Source of the DNA: Eledone cirrhosa
Lineage: Eukaryota
Direction: 5' to 3'
DNA: 64,000 bases
Assembly (NCBI GenBank): GCA_964016885.1
Contig: OZ024749.1
Location: 23,064,001-23,128,000 of the forward strand
In this document: in pieces, positions 23,294 to 35,780 of the stretch
Layout of the letters: every line of letters begins with the position of its first letter
How positions within the stretch are numbered: position 1 is the stretch's first letter
The notes under the pieces: model-generated
Seen by the model: the letters and a program-made list of their open reading frames with translations, nothing else
Database searches by the model: none
What the model was told of the DNA's origin: nothing
Position numbers and translations under genes: made by a program

Positions 23294-24470
23294 GTATCCA
23301 TCTACCTACCAATATACCTACGGATATATCCATCTACATATCTATATTGCTCTCTCTCTCCCCCTCTCCCTCCCTCTCTCTCTTTATCTCTCTTTCTCTA
23401 TCGCTATCTATCTATCTATTTACATATCTATCGACTATCGATCGTTAAGCTCTATATTGCCATTTTCAAAGAGATATTAGGAGCATGCATCACGCCTGTT
23501 TCTCATACTTTATATCACTGACATATAAATTTAATAAGCAGTGACGTCCAGCTTCCATTAACAAGCAGGAAATATCTTGACTGTTGAATCTCAAACAACT
23601 TTTCTAACTCGGATGCAGGATACATCGCGTGTTCAGTCCACCATATAACCAGGTTTTATTCATATAGCTTCCGCAGCTAATCTACTTTTCGACATCACAC
23701 ACACACACAAACACATATATATATATATGTATATATATATACATATGTATATGTATATATGTATGCACACACACATATATATGTACACACACACACACAA
23801 ACACACATATATATGTACATATATATATACATACATATATATATATATATGTATATATATATACACACACACATATATATATGTACACACACACATATTT
23901 ATATATATGTGTGTGTATGTATGTATGCATGGTTATGTACATATATATATGGGCTATTTATCTCATCAGTCCTTCATGTGGTCAGTAATTCTGATTGCAG
24001 AATGTATCTGGTATTCCAATGTCCAAAGTACATATTGGCTATATTGGAGTCACGAAATACAAAACGGTCAGGATTACATAGAAATTTGTAAATTGCATTA
24101 ATCACACTAAAATGTATATAAGAAAAGATGCTTAATGCTTGAATGTGTTATATGATTCAATATACACCCCTAGTCATATCTATGATTGTCACTCCAGGTA
24201 GAGCCGCTACTTCCTCCAAATTGAGAGATCACAGATCCGATACTTTGGGCGTGAGGTTAGAATATCTCAGGAAAAAATCGATGGACATATTTTACGAGCA
24301 AAAAACAACAACAAAAAACGGTAAGAAACCCAGCGGTAGACCTCGAGCAAGATAGTTGAATAACATCCATGAGTTTAGCTGGTATCACTTGGGGATGCAG
24401 TTGGATCTTTTGGAGTCTGTTGTGTCTGACAGGACAAGCTTTACAATTTTTCTCTCTCTGTATATATATA

Positions 24471-25364
24471 CTAGCAGTAAAGCCCGGCGTTGCTCGGGGT
24501 CGCTCAGTAGCTGTGTTAAAGTTACAATGTTAAGTTTCTTTCTTGGCTTAAAAACTGTAGTGTCTACTGTGCAGACTTGCATGTGGTGTTTTTGATTAAT
24601 ATTCCCTCAACCAACAATATGCCTTATGAAGTTAAGAAAACATAACGATAACCCGAATGTTATAACAAAAGAGGATGCTGGGGATAGAAACTGCACTGGT
24701 AATTTATTAACAAAGATCAAAATTGTAAACACTGCAACGCAGAGAAAAACATTAGCGTAACCAAATTATCAGTTATGTCTGTCTGCACGCCTATATCACC
24801 TCTCTGCACGACTGTCTGTCTGCACGCCTATATCACCTCTCTGCACGGCTATCTGTCTGCACGCCTATATCACCTCTCTGCACGACTTTCTGTCTGCACG
24901 CCTAACGAAATTTACAGATACATATATTTTATATAAACTTATATAATTTTTGCTTTTTTTTACGAAATATTTGCTTGTTTTAAGTAGTTTTTAAATAGAC
25001 TTGTTTTCAAGTAAAAATATTGTTTTAAAAGGCTTGTTTTACGTAGTCTTTAAATCGTGTATTGTGTTAATGTCATTTTAAACGCTGAGAAAGCCAGCGT
25101 AATTTTTTTAATTTTTGCATGCAGACGCTCAATGTAAACAGAACAAAGGGAAATAACTGATCACTTACGCTCAAAAATAGATACATTATATTCGATTTCG
25201 TCACATAGGGTGGGTCAATTTGAAATTATTTTTTTTCCGATGTCTTCGCTAGGGCTCAATGTACAAGTATAGCAATTTCGGTGCAATTCCGTGAGAGATT
25301 CTAAGAGGAGATGTGTGCCAAAAATCGATAGACAGACAGACAACCACAGTTTTATATATATAGA
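24471..25364 (-). mobile_element. Non-autonomous Helitron
   Basis: Minus strand starts A|TCTATATATATAAAA and ends with hairpin CCCGAGCAACGCCGGG, then CTAG|T. Internal ~39-bp tandem repeats at ~24776-24905. Confidence 0.85.
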
Positions 25365-25425
25365 TAGATAATACAAATAGTGAAAACAATGAAATTAAAC
25401 AAAATACGGGTGATTCATTGTAAAG

Positions 25426-25578
25426 CTCATTATTTTACGATCGTTTCTGGGGGGGGGGGGGGGGGGGGTTAGTTCCCCGTATGTTCATTCTATTAGTGAT
25501 CTATGTAAAATATATTACAAATTATAAAAGTAAGAAAATATACATACGTCTTCCCTACTCGCTGTCTTCAGAAATAAT
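25426..25578 (-). ncRNA. Type I hammerhead motif with very long stem/loop II; SINE inserted in stem I
   Basis: attattt CTGAAGA ...~115 nt... GAAA cgatcg TA aaataat-gag. The matching ctc lies beyond the SINE at 25768-25770. Confidence 0.65.
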
Positions 25579-25757
25579 TGTTTCTACTTTAGGCACAAGG
25601 CCAGCAAATACCCAGTGCGTTACTGGTACTTTATTTCATCGACCCCGTAAGGATGAAAGGCAAAGTCAACCTCGGCGGGATTTGAACTCAGATCGTAAAG
25701 GGACGTAACTATGCTGGAAAGCATAACGTCCGACCCTCTACCGATACTGCCAATCCG
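25579..25757 (-). mobile_element. SINE copy with 10-bp TSD CAGAAATAAT
   Basis: TSD at 25569-25578 and 25758-25767; paralogous empty site at 63751-63760. Confidence 0.9.
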
Positions 25758-26461
25758 CAGAAATAATGAGTTTTGTTTATTGAAGAATATAAAAACATGT
25801 ATGAATAAGTAACCTTTTAAGAACATGGTTGAGATTGACCAATAGTAAAAATAGGAAGGGGCAATATAGATCATTAAGCTGGTAGTAGTAGATGAATAAA
25901 TTAGCAGTCAGGGGATGAGATATCGAATGACCTTTAAAAAAAAAAGTTGCGAGCGTAAAGGAATTTAGACAGATTTTATAGAAATTTCAGAAAAGTGTGG
26001 ACGGTCAAGGAAGATTAAAGTTGGAGGAAAAGGGGTGCAGATATCAGTGTGTTACATCCAGTAGAATAGTATAGAACAATCCTAAATATTTGTTATTTCT
26101 TTGTTCAAGAGGAAACATTTGTTCTAAAAATAGAACAAGTAGAGGAATATAGATGGAACCAAAGAAAAGTAAAAAGTAGATAAAAACATATATAGGTAAG
26201 AAAATAATAAAATTCGTGTATGTATTGTATTGTGTTAGAGTGGTCAGAATGAAGTTTTACCTGTAGGGAATTTTATTTTCGAATAAGAAATCTCATCAAT
26301 AATCTGGTTTTCTTAATAGGTTTAAATGCATGTCTGTTAAATTGTGTTAAGAGTGTTGAGTATAATGTAATATATAGTGCTCATTAATAGTTAACTATTT
26401 AAAACAGTTATAAGGGTGAAATATAGGATTGAATCTCTGGAGTAATTCTAATAGCAAAAAA

Positions 26462-26529
<68 letters not shown>

Positions 26530-26579
26530 TTTTCTTTATTTGTTTAGTTGTATTTATAATACTTGAACATCTTTCTAAT

Positions 26580-26975
26580 TCTATGGTTACATGCGATAAT
26601 TAACTCTTGTGTTTTATTTAATACAATGTCTTTCGATTTAGTAATTTCAAAAATTTCTTGGGAACATAGTCCACACTCCTTTCTATTGCCCTCATAAGAA
26701 ATGGCTCTTTTGAGAATCTTCCAAGTTAGGTTATAATTAATTTTCTTCTTTTTACAATTATTACCTGCTTCCGGTAAAGTAGTGGTAATAGCTAATCTTG
26801 TGTTTCGAAAACTGTGTGTATGTTCATAAAATCTCTATATAAACGGATTAGATGTAGATCCAATATAGGATTGATTAGAGTCCTTAGTGGTAATTATACA
26901 TTTATACACTACATTATTAATTAAGCAATTTCCATTTAAAGGGCAATTACTTTTTACTCTACTATTACAACCGTT
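26580..26975 (-). pseudogene. Degraded Naiad GIY-YIG endonuclease fragment (absent from the ORF track)
   Basis: Manual translation GCNSRVKSNCPLNGNCLINNVVYKCIITTKDSNQSYIGSTSNPFI*RFYEH...YNLTWKILKRA. Confidence 0.85.
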
Positions 26976-27034
26976 TGTACAGATGTGCTTGCTATATTCC
27001 CAATAACAGTGCTAGTATTGTAAAAAGAAGAAAA

Positions 27035-27105
<71 letters not shown>

Positions 27106-27509
27106 TAAATATATATATATCATAAATATATATGTGTATTTGTATGTTTGTATGTATGTGTATGTATGTGTGTATGTAAGTGTATTTGTTTGTTTGTATG
27201 TATAGGATGGATGTGTATATGTGTGAAATGATAAGGAGTTATCCAGCTATGAGATATTTTCATGAAGTTGCATAACAAACAAAATGAATAAAACAGCGCT
27301 AATAAAATTAATATCAATAAATATTTAGTCAATAATGATGTTGAATTTAAATATGTTGTTGTCGTCATTGTTATTAATAATACATAATATTTTACTTTTA
27401 TATCTGTCAAAAATAAAATCGTGTCTTCTAAATGCACGTCAAATTTAGGCACTTCCTGATATTAACACGGCAATCTAAATGTATTCTTCTTTCGTGGTTA
27501 TATATATAA

Positions 27510-27554
<45 letters not shown>

Positions 27555-27566
27555 TATGTTGTATAC

Positions 27567-27612
<46 letters not shown>

Positions 27613-27805
27613 CACATATATGTATATTATGTTATATACATAAATATATGTATATATATATATATATGTATATGTTATGTTATATACATAAATATATATA
27701 TAATAAACACATATATATACATTATTTTATATACATAAATATATGTATATATATGTATGTATATATATATATATATATATACATATATATATACACACAC
27801 ACACT

Positions 27806-27894
<89 letters not shown>

Positions 27895-28197
27895 GTACAT
27901 ATATATATACGTATATATATATATATATATATATCTACACACTCACACAAATATGATGTTATTATATCTTTGTTGATATATTAAAGTTTGTACAAAAAAA
28001 ACAAAAAAAAAACAATAATCGTACACACACGATAATTAATATGAAGAAATATATTGTGCATTGTATTTTGACAAAGGTTTGTTTAAAACATTTCAAAATA
28101 GCTTACACTTGAATGTATTCATGGTTTCAAATCTGAATAGATTTAGCTCAGGTGTATCACATGGATTTTATATACATAAGTGTATGAATAAGTACTG

Positions 28198-28230
<33 letters not shown>

Positions 28231-28325
28231 GTAATAATAGTAATAATAATAAATTTGAAGACTAAAATCCAAAGAGGGCTCGATAAGGATAAATACATAT
28301 CAAATATATGAGAACCGTAGACCAA

Positions 28326-28452
28326 ATATTTATTAAAATAACAGATTAAAGTTTAAGCAAAGAATCGCTGCTTTCACCCTTTCAGAAGATCCCGTTAAGG
28401 GTGAAAGCACATATTCTTTGCTTAAACTTTAATCTGTTTTTTTAATAAATAT
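28326..28452. repeat. ~55-bp-arm hairpin with degenerate hammerhead remnant
   Basis: ACAGATTAAAGTTTAAGCAAAGAAT..TGCTTTCACCCTT is inverted with AAGGGTGAAAGCA..ATTCTTTGCTTAAACTTTAATCTGT. Confidence 0.85.
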
Positions 28453-28593
28453 ATATATATATATATATGTGAATATAGACATAGAATATTCGAAAATATT
28501 CTGTATGTTTATAATAAACATTTTGAAGACCTAATCGCTATAGAATAGAATACGTCACGTATTACAATTAGATTCTCGATAAAAGCAAGGGAA

Positions 28594-28636
28594 GTAATCT
28601 ACGCGTTTCATTCTTGTTAGAAATCATCAGGACTAC
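28594..28636 (-). ncRNA. Minimal type I hammerhead ribozyme, copy 1
   Basis: gtagtc CTGATGA t-ttct-aaca-agaa-t GAAA cgcg TA gattac; GUA site between 28600 and 28599; outer 16-bp helix within 28572-28660. Confidence 0.9.
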
Positions 28637-28903
28637 ATATCCAGTGCTTTTATCGAGAATGACACAGCTAGAGACTTATAGAATACTTAGCTGTGTACAG
28701 GAACTGGTTTGAAAGAGCGGTTGCCGGTCCGGCAGAAATTAGAAATTGGAATAAATGCTCTGAAATAGCGATATATATGTGAATATAGACATAGAATATT
28801 CGAAAATATTCTGTATGTTTATAATAAACATTTTGAAGACCTAATCGCTATAGAATAGAATACGTCACGTATTACAATTAGATTCTCGATAAAAGCAAGG
28901 GAA

Positions 28904-28946
28904 GTAATCTACGCGTTTCATTCTTGTTAGAAATCATCAGGACTAC
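28904..28946 (-). ncRNA. Hammerhead ribozyme, copy 2
   Basis: Same as copy 1 (+310). Confidence 0.9.
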
Positions 28947-29213
28947 ATATCCAGTGCTTTTATCGAGAATGACACAGCTAGAGACTTATAGAATACTTAG
29001 CTGTGTACAGGAACTGGTTTGAAAGAGCGGTTGCCGGTCCGGCAGAAATTAGAAATTGGAATAAATGCTCTGAAATAGCGATATATATGTGAATATAGAC
29101 ATAGAATATTCGAAAATATTCTGTATGTTTATAATAAACATTTTGAAGACCTAATCGCTATAGAATAGAATACGTCACGTATTACAATTAGATTCTCGAT
29201 AAAAGCAAGGGAA

Positions 29214-29256
29214 GTAATCTACGCGTTTCATTCTTGTTAGAAATCATCAGGACTAC
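29214..29256 (-). ncRNA. Hammerhead ribozyme, copy 3
   Basis: Same as copy 1 (+620). Confidence 0.9.
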
Positions 29257-29523
29257 ATATCCAGTGCTTTTATCGAGAATGACACAGCTAGAGACTTATA
29301 GAATACTTAGCTGTGTACAGGAACTGGTTTGAAAGAGCGGTTGCCGGTCCGGCAGAAATTAGAAATTGGAATAAATGCTCTGAAATAGCGATATATATGT
29401 GAATATAGACATAGAATATTCGAAAATATTCTGTATGTTTATAATAAACATTTTGAAGACCTAATCGCTATAGAATAGAATACGTCACGTATTACAATTA
29501 GATTCTCGATAAAAGCAAGGGAA

Positions 29524-29566
29524 GTAATCTACGCGTTTCATTCTTGTTAGAAATCATCAGGACTAC
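29524..29566 (-). ncRNA. Hammerhead ribozyme, copy 4
   Basis: Same as copy 1 (+930). Confidence 0.9.
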
Positions 29567-29833
29567 ATATCCAGTGCTTTTATCGAGAATGACACAGCTA
29601 GAGACTTATAGAATACTTAGCTGTGTACAGGAACTGGTTTGAAAGAGCGGTTGCCGGTCCGGCAGAAATTAGAAATTGGAATAAATGCTCTGAAATAGCG
29701 ATATATATGTGAATATAGACATAGAATATTCGAAAATATTCTGTATGTTTATAATAAACATTTTGAAGACCTAATCGCTATAGAATAGAATACGTCACGT
29801 ATTACAATTAGATTCTCGATAAAAGCAAGGGAA

Positions 29834-29876
29834 GTAATCTACGCGTTTCATTCTTGTTAGAAATCATCAGGACTAC
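29834..29876 (-). ncRNA. Hammerhead ribozyme, copy 5
   Basis: Same as copy 1 (+1240). Confidence 0.9.
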
Positions 29877-30404
29877 ATATCCAGTGCTTTTATCGAGAAT
29901 GACACAGCTAGAGACTTATAGAATACTTAGCTGTGTACAGGAACTGGTTTGAAAGAGCGGTTGCCGGTCCGGCAGAAATTAGAAATTGGAATAAATGCTC
30001 TGAAATAGCGATATATATGTGAATATAGACATAGAATATTCGAAAATATTCTGTATGTTTATAATAAACATTTTGAAGACCTAATCGCTATAGAATAGAA
30101 TACGTCACGTATTACAATTAGATTCTCGATAAAAGCAAGGGAAGTAATCTACGCGTTTCATTCTTGTTAGAAATATATATATATATTTCGTTTCTGAATT
30201 TGTTTAGCAAGATTCTTTATCTGAAATCGTGTGTTGAAACCGATATTGTTATACTTTGGGAGGGTCATGTTGCCAATAAGAAACACACGCACCAGGTGCT
30301 TTCACTTCAATTTATTATAATAAATTTATAAATTTAGGAATTTATAAATTTATAAATTTCTGGTTGGTTGGTTGGTTCCACAACCAGATGGTTGTTTATA
30401 TATT

Positions 30405-30447
30405 GTCAAAGTTCTTTCGTCACACATTTTGTGACCTCATCAGTTAC
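30405..30447 (-). ncRNA. Minimal hammerhead motif in left pLTR
   Basis: gtaa CTGATGA g-gtcaca-aaatg-tgtgac GAAA gaac TT tgac; one mismatch in stem I. Confidence 0.6.
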
Positions 30448-30642
30448 TGGGATTATTTTCTTTGTTTTTGTGCCTCTCCTGTGTTCTGTCCTACGCCATT
30501 TTGTTTCTGTGTGTGTGTTGTGTGCTCAGTCTGCGCATGCGCCACATCTGGGTGTCTGTGTGTTTTTATATTTGTTTATTTATTTGTTTATTTACATGTT
30601 ACCGGTGGTTGTTTGTTCTATGTGTGTGTTTTCATTTTGTCC

Positions 30643-31770
30643 TTAATTGTAAGTTGTGATGTTGCTGTTCCACTCATATTTCCTATTTAATTTTGGTTGT
30701 AATTCTTTTATGTTTATTGCCTCTGTGATTTGTCTAAACATTGCGACTTTTCTGTATGTAGATTCTATTTTTATTTCTATGTTCTCTAATTTACTCTTAT
30801 GTTCTATTTTAGCATGTTGGTAGAGTACAGATGATTCTTTACTATCTTGAAGGTCTCGCCAGTGTTCATTTATCCGTTCCCCTACACTACGGGCTGTCTC
30901 ACCTATGTACACTATATTTTTGTCTCTACATTGTCCTTCAGTACATCTTATGCTATACACTACATTTCTAGTTTTACAGTTAATATGGGGGCTTATTTTA
31001 CAGGTTATACATTTCTTATCTATACAGGGTGTCTTTGAAAAGGGTATGTCTTGCTAATAAGTGTTTTTACGGAGGTACCTGGTCTTTCTACTATCTTAAT
31101 ATTGAGTTTATGTTTATCTAGGGCCCTTCTAAATTTGTAAGCTAATTCACCTCTAGGGGTTGTATCGATGAACATTACACTCTGGTATTTATTGCTATCA
31201 TACCATGAGTTTATTCTATTAGCCTTATTCCTAGTTCTTTCTATTCTATTCCAAAATTTGCTCCTATACAATGGGCAGGTCCCATTTGTGTAATTATTTA
31301 CCATTTTTTCCCATTTGGTTCTGGCTCCTCTATACACTCTGATTTCATCTCTCTGATTGTGACCAGAGAACTGCATACGGTGGATGAAGTGTTGTATGTG
31401 TCTCTCTAGTTCTTCGGGGTTGCACATGCGGGACATGTTTCTCATCACCCGTACCAAATCCGCAGTCAGTATGTTGAATTTGGTATGGTCCGAAACAGCC
31501 GAGTTTCGGTGGATCAGATGTTTGGAAGTCATGGGTTTGGCATAATGGGAATGGCGGATTTGTTTTTTGTTATTAATGGTATCTAACCAGAGCTCTGTGT
31601 CTAGTATCGGTAATCGATGGTTGGGGTGTTTACTTGGGTAGTCTATAGTAACTCTAATACTCTGGTGGATGGAGTTAGCTATTTGCTGGATGCTTTCCAT
31701 TGTGTTTTTCTCTAGTTCCTGACTTTTCTCTAGTCGGGGTGTCTTAACTACGATGTTGAACTCATCTGTT
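30643..31770 (-). pseudogene. PLE RT C-terminal/thumb region and GIY-YIG endonuclease (frameshifted)
   Basis: LPILDTELW, HYAKPMTS..IHRNSA, VERPG; YSIRC...VYIGETARSVGERINEH, RQITEAINI, LNRKYEW. Confidence 0.85.
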
Positions 31771-31838
31771 AATGAGGTGTCGGCCATATTTATACCGTCA
31801 ATTTTGTCGGGATATCTATTGGTATTCTCTACAGTGAC

Positions 31839-32415
31839 GTGCCGGCGTTGTATGGGCTTCGAAAAGACCATAAAACGGGCAATGACCCTGTCACGGGACC
31901 ACCAACACGGCCAGTCTGTGGGGCTAACATTGCTAGCCCCTACAGACCGTCCTACTTCCTCTCCCTGATCAATTTGCTCCTATACAAGAAATGTCCCCAG
32001 ATGCATGTGACAGCGCGGAGGACCTCCTCAGCAGAATCGGCGAGGGTAACCGATCTAGGGACCTAGCAAACTGCATAATAGGTAGTATGAATGTTGTGTC
32101 CCTGTATCCATCTATTAACGTGGATTTTGCTGTGGAGAAATGCGTAGAAATGATCAGCGAGAGCAATGTTGAGTTCCGTGGGATTGATAGAAGTGAGCTG
32201 GGACTCCTACTTAAACTTACCTATAGTAATAATTACCTAGACTCATATGACCTTAGCAACCTGTGCCCTACAGGACCAGCAAGAGGCAGACCACCTACGA
32301 TTACCTCAATGGCCAAGAAGACCCACACAGATAGATGGAACGGGTGGACCAGAGCCATACGGACACCCGAAAACCACGATGAACTGAAGAAAATGATTGC
32401 ACATACGGTAGGGGC
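31839..32415 (+). pseudogene. PLE RT N-terminal fragment, opposite orientation
   Basis: PALYGLRKDHK..PPTRPVCGA, DACDSAEDLL, GSMNVVSLYPSI (motif A with D>N). Confidence 0.8.
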
Positions 32416-32524
32416 CAACACACACAACAATAATACACACAACAATAATAACACACACGGAGACAACAACTACAAAACACATCAACAACAGCACACATCA
32501 ACAACAACAACACACACACATTCA

Positions 32525-32567
32525 GTTACTGATGAGGTCACAGAATGTGTGACGAAAGAACTTTGAC
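32525..32567 (+). ncRNA. Minimal hammerhead motif in right pLTR
   Basis: gtta CTGATGA g-gtcaca-gaatg-tgtgac GAAA gaac TT tgac. Confidence 0.7.
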
Positions 32568-33012
32568 AATATATAAACAACTATCTGGTTGTGGAACCAA
32601 CCAACCAACCAGAAATTTATAAATTTATAAATTCCTAAACTTATAAATTTATTATAATAAATTGAAGTGAAAGCAACTGGTGCGTGTGTTTCTTATTTTA
32701 TTGGCAACATGACCCTCCCAAAGTATAACAATATATCTATATATATACATATATATATATACATATATATACATACATACATTATCCATACTTCATCACC
32801 ACTTACTAACTATTGTTTGTTTTTGTTGTTAATAGTGATATTATTACATTTATGTATAGAAAGACAAAGAAAAAGAGAGGCAGTGAAAGTGAGAGAGGTA
32901 TGTAGGCAGGCATATATGCGTATATATATGCATACATAATGTATTGCCAGGTCCGGGAATCAAAATCGCAACCTCTCGATTGTGAATCCAATTCTGTAAC
33001 CATTCAGCCTTC

Positions 33013-33087
<75 letters not shown>

Positions 33088-33365
33088 TGTAATATATATG
33101 TGCGTAAGTGCATGCGTGTCTGTGTCTGTGTGTGTGCGTATATACGTTTATATACATACATGTAAATATATATTGCTCGCCCCAACTGGAGGTATATGAT
33201 TTTTAAAGCGATGAAATACCAATGAAGGTTGGAAAATCACTGATGTAGGACACTTTTTATCATATGTAACCCATGTGCAACCACGCAGTATTCTTTCTTC
33301 TCATGTTTTTTATATATATATATACACACACAGATATATATGTATATATCTATATACGTTTATAT

Positions 33366-33443
<78 letters not shown>

Positions 33444-33506
33444 GTGTGTGTATATATATACATATATATGTGTATATATATATGTACATATATATATATA
33501 TATATA

Positions 33507-34014
33507 TACACTCCCTTATTAGTTAAAAGAGTTAAAATTTGGCGGAATCAAACTACTTTGTATAGCACGTTGCCTACCATAGTCCACGATGCTACCCTCC
33601 AGCTGATCACTTGTCACGTGATAGTTCTTCCATTCGAAATCTTCATTGACAACGAACGGCCAGGAATCCTTGTCTTGAATTTTATTTCTGGACAGAGAAA
33701 GTCTCCTGATGATTTAGGATATCTCACGATATTCTACGCAGAATACCGTATTTTTCCTCATGAAACTGTAGTAGAGACATTAAAGTGAGTAGGTAAAGAT
33801 TTTTTTCTTAACCTGCTTGCTTTTTCCATATTTTATATTATTAGGCTCTGAATCGGTTAATTTTATTATCTATCTCATTGAACCAAACTCAGTATAAGTT
33901 GGACACCCTGTGTGTATGTTTCCATACTCGTGTAGAGATATGTATACGTCTTTATTTATTATATAATACACTCCCTTCTGGTAGAGTTAAAATTTGCTGG
34001 AATCGAACTACTTT
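33507..34014 (+). mobile_element. 460-bp retrozyme/pLTR-like unit with ~45-bp terminal direct repeat
   Basis: ATACACTCCCTT...AGAGTTAAAATTTG..GGAATC.AACTACTTT at 33507 and 33967; follows (TA)n; contains a hammerhead. Confidence 0.7.
33701..33778 (+). ncRNA. Type I hammerhead ribozyme
   Basis: gtctc CTGATGA t...(agg/cct, tattct/agaata)...t GAAA ctgtag TA gagac. Confidence 0.82.
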
Positions 34015-34036
34015 CTAGTATACTTCTTCACTTAAT

Positions 34037-34125
<89 letters not shown>

Positions 34126-34951
34126 ACACACATACATACATACATATATATATACATATAGATATAGATATATACTTACATACATTTACTATTAAATTTT
34201 CATCACATATGCAAACCTTGGCAGAGAGTTAACCTTTCTTCAGACATATAATCGTAAAATAAAAGTGAACAATTCATATTTATGTTCACAGAAATAGATA
34301 TCTAAAACCATTAATTTTTATTCAAATAGAAATAAATTTAGACAGTTTGGTCAGGAATACACGAAGACATGCCTTATATGCTGAGGTTATCGCATTTGTC
34401 TTACTAATATTTTCTCATCAGAAATTCTATATGTAACACTCTCCAAGATGTTATGGAGTGTTGATACAAAATATTTCTGGTAAACTAAAACATAATAACA
34501 GAAAAACGATCTGAAATTTCAAGAAATTGTATACAGAAAACCTAGCAGAAAAACAAATTATCTTAAACACATACTCACAAAACACACACTGCAAATGCAC
34601 AATTGTAAACAGACACGCCATCATACATATGAACAGATGCACATACATATATATGGATAGATACATACATAAATACATATATACATTCATACATACATAC
34701 TTAGATAGATACATACATACAGAAGTAAATACATACATACAGAAGTAAATACATACATACATAGATACATACATGCACAATACACAATTATATACGTATA
34801 CACATATATCTATGTATGCATGTATCGATCCATATAGATATATATATATATACATACCTTTATCAAATAAACAGAGATAACATACATACAGAACATACAT
34901 ACATACACATATTACACATACATAGGCATATGTATATATATATATATATAT

Positions 34952-35008
34952 GCATGTATGAATGTATGTATATATGTATGTCTACTTGTATGACTGTTGT
35001 TGTATGTC

Positions 35009-35052
<44 letters not shown>

Positions 35053-35421
35053 TACATAGACATACAACAACAGTCATACAAGTAGACATACATATATACA
35101 TACATTCATACATGTATATATATATATATATATACATACGTACATACATACAGATATTATATATACATAGACATACAACAACAGTCATACAAGTACACAT
35201 ACACGTATATATATACATACTTACACATATTGTACATACATAGACATACAAAAGCAGTCATACAAGTACACGTACACAAATATATATATATACATTCATA
35301 CACATATACATACATATATACATACATACACTTATATATACATCCATACAAATATATACATACATAGACATACAACAACAGTCATACAAGTACACGTACA
35401 CCAATATATACATACATACAT

Positions 35422-35468
<47 letters not shown>

Positions 35469-35780
35469 CATACATACATACACATATATATACATACACA
35501 TATATATACATAGACATACAACAACAGTCATACACGTACACGTACACAACTATATATATACACATACATTCACATATACATACATACACTTATATATATA
35601 TATACATCCATAGACATACAACAACAGTTATACAAGTACACATACCCATATATACACATACATACACACACATATTATATATACATAGACATACAACAAC
35701 AGTTATACAAGTACACATAGCCATATATACACATACATACACACACATATTATATATACATAGATATACAACAGTTATAC
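34952..35780. repeat. Irregular minisatellite (ATACATAGACATACAACAACAGTCATACAAGTACAC) with the first unit inverted across a TA tract
   Basis: Motif repeated about 8 times; 34952-35015 is the reverse complement of ~35050-35115. Confidence 0.8.

Larger units (their letters stand above)
28461..30174 (-). repeat. Tandem array of 5.5 x 310-bp units, each complete unit carrying a hammerhead ribozyme (retrozyme-like satellite)
   Basis: Unit starts at 28461, 28771, 29081, 29391, 29701 and 30011; units look identical; (TA)n on both sides. Confidence 0.95.
30187..32735. mobile_element. Rearranged Penelope-like element (not Naiad) with inverted ~200-bp pLTRs
   Basis: Arms 30242-30448 and 32523-32735 are inverted; RT and EN fragments on both strands; TA tracts at both ends. 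Confidence 0.85.

Noticed and set aside
28461-30174. CRISPR-like array
   Set aside because: Units are fully identical with no unique spacers, and the context is eukaryotic
34330-34430. Hammerhead on the minus strand (gaattt CTGATGA ... aaatt)
   Set aside because: No intact GAAA or stem III
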